Assembly: GCF_009914755.1 (NCBI RefSeq)
Contig: NC_060928.1
Strand: one strand, 5' to 3'
DNA: 64,000 bases
From: the human T2T-CHM13v2.0 reference genome, Homo sapiens
Positions 25,851 through 38,791 of the stretch are shown in pieces. The position numbers and the translations under genes were made by a program. Numbering within the stretch: the stretch's first letter is position 1; the number at the start of each line of letters is the position of its first letter. The notes beneath the pieces are model-generated. The model had not been told where the DNA came from. It saw only the letters and a list, made by a program, of their open reading frames with translations, and made no database searches.

Positions 25851-26479
25851 AAATTTATGGTTGATAAGGACAATCTGTCAATTGTATTTATAGCTAAATA
25901 AGTTCAAAATTTAAATATTAAACTAACTTTATAGAGATAAAATAAAATTTATTATAATTTGGAAAGAAAATACAAATTTTATCAATACTTAATTCTTCAT
26001 GATTTTGTTATTTATTCTACCAGGACAACTTGAGCAACTAAATAGAGAGTGAGAAAGTCAGAGGACTCAAGTATTCAATTCCGTGGGTTATTATCTTTCT
26101 CTGGATATTTCAGGAGCATAGAAATGAACTTTATACAAAATTAGAGCTTCATCGAACTATTCTTGAATAGCTAAATATCTCATCACCTGGGAAATTTATA
26201 CTGCTATTATTCTTTCATAGTAAAAGTAACATAAAACTGAACATCTGTTGACTTTTTCTGAGGACTGAGATCACTCACCCTGTCATCAGTATTGAACTAC
26301 AAGAGTAATAGAAATAATATATCTACAAATCCACTACAAAGATTAAATAGATATTAATAATTTTCTATAGTTATTTCAGATCCCTCTTTTCTCTCACTCT
26401 GTATGTCTGTAGCACTTAATGTAAAATTCAACACATAAAGTTGAAATCCAGCTTCTATCTTTTCCAGAACTTTTCATCA

Positions 26480-26900
26480 TCAATTTGAATTTATCCTTCA
26501 ATTTGGTGTCTTCATATACGTAATAATTCTATATTTTATTGTTTTATGTGCATTTAAAAAATGTGCTATTTTATGGCATATACAGACTTATAACTTCATT
26601 TTATTTGTGCAACATTATGATTTTGAGATTTATTCATTTTTGTTCCTGTATTCTAGCTTATTAAAAATAAATCTGTAAATATAAAATTTCATTTTATGAT
26701 GAAATTATATTTCATTATTTTCTATTCTGAGATACATAGAGATTGCTTCCACTTTTTATATATAGGTAGGATATGTAAGGGCATAATTTGGCAAAGAAAG
26801 AACTAGGTCTTTGGCAAAATTCCATGACAAATAACAAACCCTCCTGTGATATAAAACAAAACATAAATACACACACACACACGAGATCATGGAATAGGAT
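26480..26900 (-). mobile_element. L1ME-type 3' fragment
   Basis: caacattatgattttgagatttattcattt...gagatacatagagattgcttccacttttt is typical antisense L1ME 3' sequence. Confidence 0.5.
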
Positions 26901-26991
26901 TTCATGTAATAAGATTTCTTCCTTCTTTTATTTGTTCCATAAATATTTGGGAGCCTATCATTTTCAGGCACTACTTTAAGCACTTTGGATA

Positions 26992-27356
26992 TGTCTTATT
27001 TAGTCTGAGCTCTTATAACAAATTACTATAAGCTTGGTGGCTTATAAACAACAGATATTTATTTCTTACTGTCCTGGAGGCTAGAAGCTTGACACCAGGA
27101 TTCCAGCATGGTGGGGTTCTGCTGAGGGTCCTCTTCCAGGTTGCAGGCTGCCAAATTCTCATTGTGTCCTTACACGGTAGTAAGAGAGCAAGAGAGCTCT
27201 GTGAGTTCCCTTCTACAAGGGCACGAATCCTATTAATGAGGGCTTCGTCCTCATGATCTAATTATCTGTGAAAAACCCCAAATCCCATACCATTACACCA
27301 GGGGTTAGGTTTTCAACATATGAATTTTCGGAGGGGAAAAAATTCAGCTTATAATG
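26992..27356 (-). mobile_element. MLT1A/MLT1A0 solo LTR inserted in an antisense L2 tail
   Basis: ggtggcttataaacaacagatatttatttcttactgtcctggaggctagaag...ggggttaggttttcaacatatgaatttt; 5-bp TSD ggata at 26987-26991 and 27357-27361; L2 sequence on both sides. Confidence 0.88.
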
Positions 27357-27817
27357 GGATATATTAGTCAACAATACAAATATCTGGACTAAAGCCTAAC
27401 ATTAATCTAGGAAGTTCATATCTTCTTGGGATTTCTGAAACATGGAAACCCCTTATATTTTGGCCTTCTAGCTCCATTGGTCACTGCAAGTGTACAGTAG
27501 TTTTACATTTTAAAGAAATACAGAAGCTTTATTTATTTTTATAATAAAAACAAACCATTTTGAAATGCCTTGAAATAAAACTATCCAGTGGTGTCTACTG
27601 CATAGCAAAGACGGCATTATGGGTAAAGAAAATGGCAATGTTAAAATGGCAAAGGTAACCGAATGAATGTTGTGTCCTAGAAATTCCAAGTACTCCAGAT
27701 TGACTGCAGCAGAGGAGACACGTATAAGGTTCTAATTGTAATAAGTTTGCAAACACAAATTGGGAGGCATTGTACAGTGTTGCCTTGATGATCAGTCTGG
27801 AGGTTGGCCACTGGTAA

Positions 27818-28141
<324 letters not shown>

Positions 28142-30039
28142 TATTTCTTCTTAATAAGGGGTAAAATATTTCTATTTATCAGTGTTGCTTAAGCTTTATT
28201 TATTTATATATTTTCTGTGTGAATTGTACAAAGGTAAATGTCAGCCTTACACTCTAAGAATTAATAAAATTATGATTTTTATATAAGTATAATAATCTTT
28301 GAGTTCAGTTTATTCTAAAAATACATTAAGCAGACAAAGATTTATTTCACTTATTTTCATACCGATAAATTTCAAATGTTCCTATCCTTCTATATGAAAC
28401 TGGACAAAGATATTATTGCCAAATATATACAGAAAAATAAAACTTCGGTGATAGAATTTTCTTACCCAAATATGTACTTGTATGTCTTCCTTCCCAAAAA
28501 GAGTGAGAAGAAAGAAACACAGAAAATATTAATTGCATTTGTTGTTTTAATAAACATTCATTGAGTGTCTGCCCAAATTCTATTAAAGCCAATGTAAACA
28601 TATTTTTCAACTTGTTGCTGACTCCTTAAGCCTGATTAGGTGGAAAAATGTTTATATTCACATTGACTGTGCTGGACATGAAGGAACCCACTTCAACCAT
28701 CATAATGAAATAGAAAGTATTCGTGGATTATTGTTGTCATTCATACTGTTTGAACAATATTAATAAGAAAGAGACAGAAGACATTCCTTAAGAGTGGTTG
28801 TATCAGTGGTCTGCCTAACCGGAAGTGAAGCTGTATTTGAAGTTCCTTTAACGACATGTTAGGGTCAAGTCATTAGATATTTCTCTAGGCAGAATCTATA
28901 TAGAGTATTAGTTTGTTGAGGATCCATCATAATTTATATTTTCTTACATGCAGGCAGCAGACAGTGAACCCCCCTCTTAAGATTGTAATTCTACTTTCCG
29001 CTGACATTAAAATTTCTAGAGATGTTTGTAGCAGAGAGGACTACAGTCGGTATGATGCGAACACAGAAAAGATACACAGAACAAACACATCAACAATGCA
29101 AGAATGGTTCAAACTACTTATGTGTCGTGAGGGACAATCATAAATTTGAAACATTATACATAAGCTGAAATGAAACAACCTCAATTCACAATTAATTATA
29201 CAGAAATCATGAATAATTCTTAACCTAATAGACTCTTTGTCTTTTGTTTTTGTTGGTTGCTTGGTCTATTTCAATTTGTTTTAGTTTGTTTTTATTTTTT
29301 CATGAATCTTCCTTGTACATAAAAGGTCCTGGTACATCTTTCTGTGCCATTCAAAAACAGTTTTATATAGAAGCTTTTCAGGGAAATCTAGTCTCTCCCA
29401 AACAGATAATTTTAATAACCTAATTAGATTGTCTGAGTGCTTCACTGTTACAATGATAGACAATATATAAACACCCAGGCTGTCACCTGAACACTCAGCA
29501 GAGCCAAATTTGCATTTGAATGGTTGCCAGAATGTATTTTTTTTTGCTTTTGAATTCACCGCATCATGCATTCTTTTAGTCTTTTGTAAAAGAAAAATCT
29601 GCAGCAACATTGCAGAAAGCGTTGTTAATTCATTTTTTAATGAATAACGCCCTTTGGCATTCTCTTTGATAGCCATGGTTTGCTGGAATGAACAGTGTAC
29701 ACTTCTCTTTTTGGATTACTACAGCCCTTTTCAAGCTTGAATATGCCTTGAGGTAAAATAGAGGGTTATCCATTTGTACACAGGAGGGAAAGTACTTAGA
29801 TGAATACTGAAATAGAGGTATTTGGGTGCATAATAAATTTGCTTAGTGGAGATTGAGGGCTAAATGAGTTTGCCTATGGAATAATATTTTAATAGAATGT
29901 ATAGATCAAGGTTATGCCTTTACATAAAATGTGAATTAAATATTTCAAGTAGTTTTCCAGATAATATAGCATAATGGTAATTTCCAAACTATGTTTATCT
30001 ATGATTTTGATATTCTTTTACCAGCCAAACTTTAACTTG

Positions 30040-30500
30040 TTTTAATAAATATTCATTGAGTGGATATAAAGGTCCAGTTACTACACAAAGAAGTGAGGAT
30101 ACAAGCAACATAAAAAGTAATCTCTTACTTTAGGATTTATGTCATATGAGAAGAGACAGACAAGTATCTAGCCAACCATGATGCAATGTAATAAGTGGCA
30201 TAATAGGAGACACATAGCAAGCACAATCATAACTAAATGGAAAGAACAATTAATTTTGCATGGAGGGACATCTGGACAGATTGCACAAAGCATGTGACAT
30301 TTGAATTGAGAACTGAAGCACTATTTGGCTTGTGGCAGGTGCAAGGGGAAGTCAGGGCATTCCAACAAAGAGATCACTGCAGGCAAAATCACTGAGTCAG
30401 AGGAAATCTTTAGGTAATGGCAAAGAAGATTTAAAAAAAAAAATGGTATGGAGAAGTACCAGGAAATGGCAAGAGATGAGGCTGGGAAAATAAGATGTCA
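30040..30500 (-). mobile_element. L2 fragment
   Basis: aataaatattcattgagtg...gtgacatttgaattgagaactgaag...agagatgaggctggg is antisense L2 3' sequence. Confidence 0.6.
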
Positions 30501-30827
30501 GAATTAGCTTCTACTTAAATTTGCCTATGTAGAAAAAGCCTACACAAGGATCTGACAATCTGGGGCCCCTGGTGACTCCAGAAACAATTTATGTGCGTTT
30601 GTCAATTGTTTTCAAACAGCTGCCAATGAGAATTTGGAATCAAAACATGGCTTAAAATTAATCTCTGATTCTGCTATTTTCTATCTGTATTTTTATTTGT
30701 GGCCTACTCCAACAATGACATCAATAAAAGCCACAAATATAAAAATTATATAAATACTTTACAAGTGAATGAGATTAGATTAAGTGATGGAAGATATCAG
30801 AGAGGCACTATTTACGAAGCACATATT

Positions 30828-31328
30828 ATGTGAGCCATGAACCAGTCCTTTATGTGTTTTTTCTTGAATCCATTCTTTGCTTCCTCCATGTGGGGCTCTA
30901 CTTAACAGAAGGTTGATCCAATAGGTTATATTTGCCGGGTCCCTGTGGCAGCAGACTTAGTGTCTGGGTTAAAGCAATAGGAAGCAGTAGTGAGCGATTA
31001 AAGGGTAGAACTAAGGGGGAAGCCAGTGTATTTTTCCTCTTTTCTCTGGCAGGTCCTATATTCCCTCTTGGCTCCAGCTCTGACTAAAAAAGCCCTAAGT
31101 GGTTACCTTAAAGGAATACGCTTTTGGCTTACCCATTTTCTAGTTGCCAGTGTTACCACCTTCATATTTTATAATACACTTAGAGTTTGCAATGTCTTCT
31201 GCTGGTGTTAATACTTTACTATCTCCAGTTTAGTTTCACAGCTTTTCTACTACCAGGATGACAAGTTCTTTCTATCTTAAATATTTTAAGAGAAGTTTTG
31301 TTTTCCTGAGTGAACACTGACTGATCCA
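30828..31328 (+). mobile_element. ERVL LTR (LTR33-like)
   Basis: gggtccctgtggcagcagac...gcaataggaagcagtagtgagcgattaaaggg...ttttgttttcctgagtgaacactgactgatcca. Confidence 0.6.
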
Positions 31329-34300
31329 ACACCATAAAACTTACTGAAGACATTAGGATCACCTAATTACTTTAGGGGGTTATTACTACTATTATGCATT
31401 TCTTACAAATGAACAAAAATATAGGCAAAAGAGGTCTGTAATTCTTGTCACTTTTGAATTCAAAACCAATGCTGCTCCACACTACAAAAAAAAAAAAATG
31501 TCATTTTGTGATAACCCTTTCCAGGAGAGCAAAGGGAAGAGAAATATGAATAAAGTAATGCTTGAACCCTCAGCTGTTTTCACTTATTTCCCTCTTTGCC
31601 AAGATGCATAGTAAATCTCATCACAACTCAGAAGTGACTCTTGCCTTTACAATCTACCTCAATGGCATTCATTTCCTCCCACCTCCATCCTAGAAATCAG
31701 AACAGAAGAACATTTTCTCCTACTAGTACAAGGCTTTAAGTTGCCAATCATAACTGCACCTCTGTTGAATCAATATGTAAACATATTTTAAAAACCTGAT
31801 AAAGTATTGGCATATAACCCAATCTTTCTCCATATATATGTAAGGGTATGGTAAGAAATAAAGCCAGTTTTAGTGCTGTATGTCTTCGAGTCTCTTAATA
31901 GAGTGCTTTTGTCATTGAGAGCTAATTCCACTGAGGCAACATTAAGTGACCCCTACCTCCTCCTTTTCCAAACTAACTGTATATTTTTGTCTTCAATCCT
32001 AAACAAAAATTTGAAGTCATTAAGAAATACCGAGAGAAACTGCTATACTTTGGTTTTACCTAGGTATTTTACATAGTGTTCTCTTTCATTGCAGTTTCCC
32101 ACCTGCTGCTCAATGACATAATTAAAACATCAAAATCACTTCTTTTATAATAGACAGTATTCCTAGCAAGTTGCATTTAATAGAAATGATATATTTGGTA
32201 GTTAACACCAAATCTCTTAATTCTTTATATCTCATTCCCCATGTTTAATACTACTGAAACTGTATTTTCTCTCTTTCCTTTCTCTTTTAGTTTAACAATT
32301 TAACAACAACAGTGGTAGCATTTTATTTCTTTTGGTACATTGGTAGACAAAATGCTTTTCACTAACATCAAATCTTGAAGGAGTGACTTTAAGGATACAT
32401 TTTGAACAGGAGATATTCACTGGAAAAATAACTATGTTTTAGATAGGCTGACTTTTCCATACGCACTGATAGGCTTTTTATAACATTTTTTTCAGGGAAC
32501 AGTAAACTTTAAAAATAATGTCAAAAACCACTGATTTTAATTAATAAGTCCCTTAAGCATTGAATTGAAAGTCCTATAATTTTCTTAGTTAACAACTAGT
32601 TTTCTCCACATTTACTGTATCCCAAACTCTCTTGTGAGAAGTAGATGTATATAGAAGACTAATCAACCACGAAGCAATAATTATTAGGTATGCACAAATA
32701 TCATTCAGGTTTCAGTTAAGGCAACTTCAAACATTGGCAAGGGTGGAGTATCAGCAGAAATGATAGCCAAAGAGTGTCTAGTTGAAATTTGAAAAAGGAA
32801 AATACGTTAAAATTTGAAACAGGGAAATGTGTCTAAATTTGATATAATTTCAGCTCTTTGATTGAACTACTATTTCAAATATTCATGTCAAGAAAGGGTC
32901 ATATACAAATGAGATTATAGAGAGTGAGGTCAAACAAACCACACTGGTATACACAAAGGACCAATAAAGCAATATTACTTATGGAGTCCCAATAACTTTT
33001 ACCATAAAGCAAGTCTCAATCAACTCCTTAAAATTACTTTTAGAAATCTGTATATACATGTTTATGTCTTGAAAGTTGATAGGTTCAAATTAAAATCCAA
33101 TAGTCTACTTTGGCCTCTGAAAAGTTATTAGAGGAAGTGTCTTATTTAGTTGAGATAATGAATTATAACTCCAACCATAAGTATTTCTATGAGCCTGTGT
33201 TCTGCATACTCAAGTACTTTACTGTTGTATCTACATAGTATATTTTAGATAATAATTTATTCAATGTGGTGAAATAGAAATGAATGTGATTCTCCAACCA
33301 CAGAGGAATCTATCTCATATTCAGCATGGGGTAATGGAAGGATATCATGTTAAATCTGCTGAGATCTGAATAGTACCACATACTATATATGTTACATTAA
33401 TCATGAAGTTTATACTCCTTAAACTTATTTTCACTTTGAAGATCATCTAAAACTACTAACTTCACAACACCATTAGAATATTTAAATGGTAATACAAGTT
33501 TTATTAATCAAAAGACTATCTCAATGACAGGGAATTTTTAATTTTTTAAAATTCAAATTTTGTCTTCTTAATGCAAAATATTCTTCAAACACCAACACAA
33601 ATGGATCTTATGAGGTTCACAGTTTAATATTATTAGATATTTCTGAATCACAACAAATAAAATATTATATCAATATTTGTGTAGAAGTAATATTTAACCT
33701 AAAAGGAATTATTTTATGGAAACCTATGCCAAGACCATTATTTTTCAAAATAATATTATTTTTTGTATAGCTTATTACATGAATACTTAATAATGAGTTA
33801 TTGGTGTTGATATAGAGATAAATATTAATTTTACAAAATAAATTGCATAGTCATTTCAGATAGCTGTTATACTTACTTCTTATGAGGTATAGATTTTATA
33901 CATTTCTGTGAAAACAGAGCCTAGAAAAATAATTTTGGGTATGGCTAGTAAAAATGTAATCTGTCAGAAGGTTTTCATTAAAGTAAATCAGGTATATTCT
34001 ATTTGGTTTCCAAGATCTCCTTCAAACTTAAGCCATGCTGGCTTCAATCTTGAATATACTCCAAAACTAACAAAGAAAACTGGTAAGTGCTGAGGAATTA
34101 TGGGGAATCATGCAATATCTTTCATATGTAGCATAATAATAACTAAAATGAGAACACTTCATGGTCATAATAATGAAAGTTATTTTCAGAATTCTCAGCT
34201 TCCTGGGTTTGGAAAGCAATCAGAACATCTATTCCTGTTGGAGAAAATGTTCTTTAATCCAAGTGTTGTCTGAGAAGAGGCTCTTCACAAACAAACAAAA

Positions 34301-35476
34301 CTGAACTCATCCAAACCATTCTATATCGATATGTAGAATGATAAATAAAGAATAGTTACTGTTTATAGATTCCACATTACAGACACTAACTTTAATTATA
34401 CAGGAACCTTTTTTTTAACTTTATAGTTTAACAAACTAAGTCACTAAGAACTTGATAAGAAACTTGCCAGAACTCAAAAACTTGGAAAGTAGAAAAGATA
34501 GACTTTAAACCTAGGTTGTCTATAACAAAGTTTGTACAGTTCATCACCTCTCAATACTGTCTCTATATTTCATGAGATCTTATTATTAAGTTTAGCCAGA
34601 AAGGTTTCCTGTTGATTATTTTTATGTACAAAGACGGGAGAAACTGACCTTAATGATATCTGTATGGTGAAGGAAAAGAAGAAAAGGGAAACAATGGATG
34701 CTGATAGTTTATTTTTTGACAGAAACTATTTCTAAACAAATGCAATGATTAAACAGAAGCAATACTTACCTTACTATTTTCAGGTAAATCTACAAATATC
34801 AAAGTACCTTTTATATGTATAAAATTGTGCTAGATACACGTCTTCAGAGTTCAAGTTAGTTTATGTGTCATTATGACAGGAGATATACGTATGAAATACA
34901 ACAACTAACAGTACAAAGCAGGGTTAACTATAAATACTCTAGAAATTTTGAGAAAGTTAATCTTGCTATATAATGATAGAGCCGGTATAAATAAAGTAAC
35001 TGTGAACTGAACTCAATAATGTGCTATATTAAAATAGGTAAAGAGGAGAGGAGTAGTATTCTGGATGGGATGGCTGTGATCACCAAGGTCCTAAGACAGA
35101 TCTTAGTTTTAGACACATGGTAGGTATGGAGAGGCAAACTAAAGAGAGCTGAAGAATAATAGGCTACTATGCAATGCCTGGCACATAAAATCAATCAATA
35201 AACATTTATTGAATAAAAGCATCAAATATCTACGCTAAATATTTGAAAGCAGGTTCCACTGGGACCGGCAGTAGGTGTGAGCCCATGCATGGTTCCAGCT
35301 GACAGGAGAGGAGAGCTGAGAAAATATAGGATGTGATCAGCCCTAGAAAAGTTATAAAGAAGGCCAAATCAACATCTTTAACTTGTTGATAATGCAGAAC
35401 TGTTAATGTTTTAGATCAGATAAATTGAATAATGAATATCGTATTTTAAGACAGAATAATTTGTGATTAATTTCCC

Positions 35477-35818
<342 letters not shown>

Positions 35819-36828
35819 TGAAAGCTAAGACACTCTTCTCAAAATAACTATTGTCATTTTCACAAAAAATTCCAATTAAAATACAGAAGTGCGTGGACAT
35901 TTAGAGGCCAGGTTAGGACAGAGTGTATTTGATATGAACTGAGGTAGAGAGATGACGTAGGAGACTGTAGTAATGCAGATATGAGCTAATAAATTATCTA
36001 TTAGGATTGTAAACATAAGAATGAACAGACATAAATGAGTGTGAGATTCAAGAAAGAGGGGTCCGCAATACTCGGTCTTTTTAGTGGTGTTGTTGTTTTG
36101 TTTTTTTGAAGTTTATATTTTAAATCTAATTCATGTTATTGTTTAGCCAATGTGTTTTCATCTCATCTATTGAGTAATCTCATGTTCATTAGCAAGCAGA
36201 ACTTTAGGTATTACTTACCTTATCTAACAAATTGAGAAATAGATCTAGCAGGTTTTTTTAAATATAATAAAACTGGAGCACATATTAATTTAATTTTTAT
36301 AATTTCAGTATTTGTAACACCAAAAATCATGACCTCTCCACTTAAACTCCACTGCTTAAAGGCTGATACATCTACTTGGTGCTCAATTAGGCCACATAAT
36401 TTTTTATTCAAAGAGAACCAGAAAGTTGACAATAGAAATACATGGTAGAAAGAAAAGATATTAAGTCCACATCGTTATATAAACTTAGATTGTGTAGTTT
36501 TGAAAACAGGATCAGGTTGGACAATTTTAAAAAGAAATAGATGCATTTTATACCTTGTCATTTTAATATGCCACACATAATATTTGTATCTTTACAAATA
36601 TTTATCTTTAATATGCTATATATAATAAAATTATCTGTGTAATGATATATACAAAGATACTTTTTAGGTAACTGACACTTTATAAGTCCTGTAAATTTTA
36701 TTGTTTATGCTAATAATGCAAAATTTCAATTAGTTTCTCTTTTAAGGATGATTTACTCTTTTACCTCAAGAAAATCAGAATTGATGCCAGCTATATATTT
36801 TCATCAGTATGATTTCTTAAAATTTAAC

Positions 36829-37447
36829 TGTGTTGGTTATCTATTGTTGAGTAACAAATTGTAAAGAAAAAAAAACCTCTGAAAGCAGTGCAAATTTGTT
36901 ATCTGAAAGTTTTTGTAGGTTACAAATCTAGGCAAGGTGTGGCTTCAGGGTATCATCAGGCTTACATCAGGGTGCTGGCTGAGGCTCTAGTCATCTGGGA
37001 CATGAAGTCTTCTACCAAGCTTATTGACTATTGGTAGAATAACCAATTCTTTGTGATTATTGGTGGAATAATGATTTCCTTGTGATTGTAGGATGGGTTT
37101 TCATGTTCTCAGTAGCTGTAAACAAAGGACAACTCTCAGCTCCTAGAGGCCACCTTCCATTCGTGGCTATAGGCAATTCATAACAGCCAGAGCACAGTTG
37201 TTTGACATACTCCTCTATGACCAGACAGAGAAAGCTCCCTGCTTTTAAAGAGTTCATGTAATTAGGTCAGGCCTACCCAGATAATTTCCCTGTCTTAAAG
37301 TCAACTGTTTTGGGACATTACTTTTATCTTCAAAATTCCTTCAAGCAGTACCTAAATTATCATCTGATTGAAAAACTAAGAGAAAAAGGGTGCCCGGCAG
37401 GGCCTGTGAATTCTGGGAAAGGGCATCTTAGAATGCTGCCTTCTATG
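36829..37447 (-). mobile_element. MLT1E-type solo LTR
   Basis: tgtgttggttatctattgttgagtaacaaatt...ctctcagctcctagaggccacc...ggcatcttagaatgctgcct. Confidence 0.75.
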
Positions 37448-38625
37448 CTAATTAAAATAATGATAGTGTAATAAAGTAAATGAAGACATGTGATAATTTT
37501 CTCTAAGGAATCACCTAACTAATCTATTAATGCCTGTCTCATTTTAATAAAATTATTTTCTTTCTTTCCCCAATATTAAAAATTAGCTTTATGAGGAGAG
37601 CAATTGGTGTTATATATTAAATATCCTTAATTAGCACAATGCCTGGTAGGTAAAACAGTCAACATAAATTAATGGAAATCAGGTTTGTTACCAACAATTT
37701 CAAAATAGTCAAAACACTTAACCAGGCATTTCACTATGGACAACCCATCTTTTCTTGAGGAGATGATTTTACGGAAAGTATAAAAATCTAACCATGCAGC
37801 AAGTTTTGCCCATATTCAGTGATATTTGGCATATGAAGGAAACCAGACCCTATACTCTTTGTGTAGTCACTTCGTGGTATTTTGTGCTTTAATTTTAGCA
37901 TAGAATTTTCTGACTAAGGAAGCATTTGGATGTTTTTTAAAATGTCAACAGTACAAGAGAAAATGTCATGTCTGCTTTTAATGTTTCCCCCTACTTTATT
38001 CCTAACATCTAGAAAAGACCCACAAAAGCAGGCAAGAAACAAAAGGGAGAGGTGGCTTTGAGCCATCTCCATTCTTCACTCTAACATGGGCCTGTCATTG
38101 TAACAGCTTCACTGAACATGTTTCAAAATGTTAGTATGTCAACAGTTCTATCACCATTTGCCCCTAATTTTTACCTTTCCTTGGAAAAGTGGACAAACAA
38201 GTGGGAAATGTTGCAACATAAAAACCAGAACTTATTAACATCTTCCTTCAATTATCTGTCACTGCATAGAAATATAATTCCAAAGACAGATAAATAATAA
38301 TTTCTAAAGTGTAATTGACTAAGCAATACTGAAAATGAGAAAAATTAAGAGAAATTTTTAATTTATATTCACCTGTTTTCTGACATTATTCTTTTTATCT
38401 CTAAGTACAGATAAACAAATATCTCAGTAGAAAACTATCTTGTATAGGTATTTTCTTCTTCATCTTGTCCAAAGACTTTTCTTAATAGGTATTTTTACCT
38501 CCTAGAAATCAAACTTTGAATAAAATGGGATCTAGTCCAGTTGCAGATAAGACATTTCACTCTGAACTGGTGGACAGTCTTCAGTCTTACTCTAGTTTTG
38601 GGCTAACGATAAACTATGACTTTTT

Positions 38626-38791
<166 letters not shown>

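Noticed and set aside
29281-29676. 131-aa minus-strand ORF in unique DNA
   Set aside because: No recognisable domain, composition reflects AT-rich DNA, and the length is compatible with chance in 64 kb over six frames.
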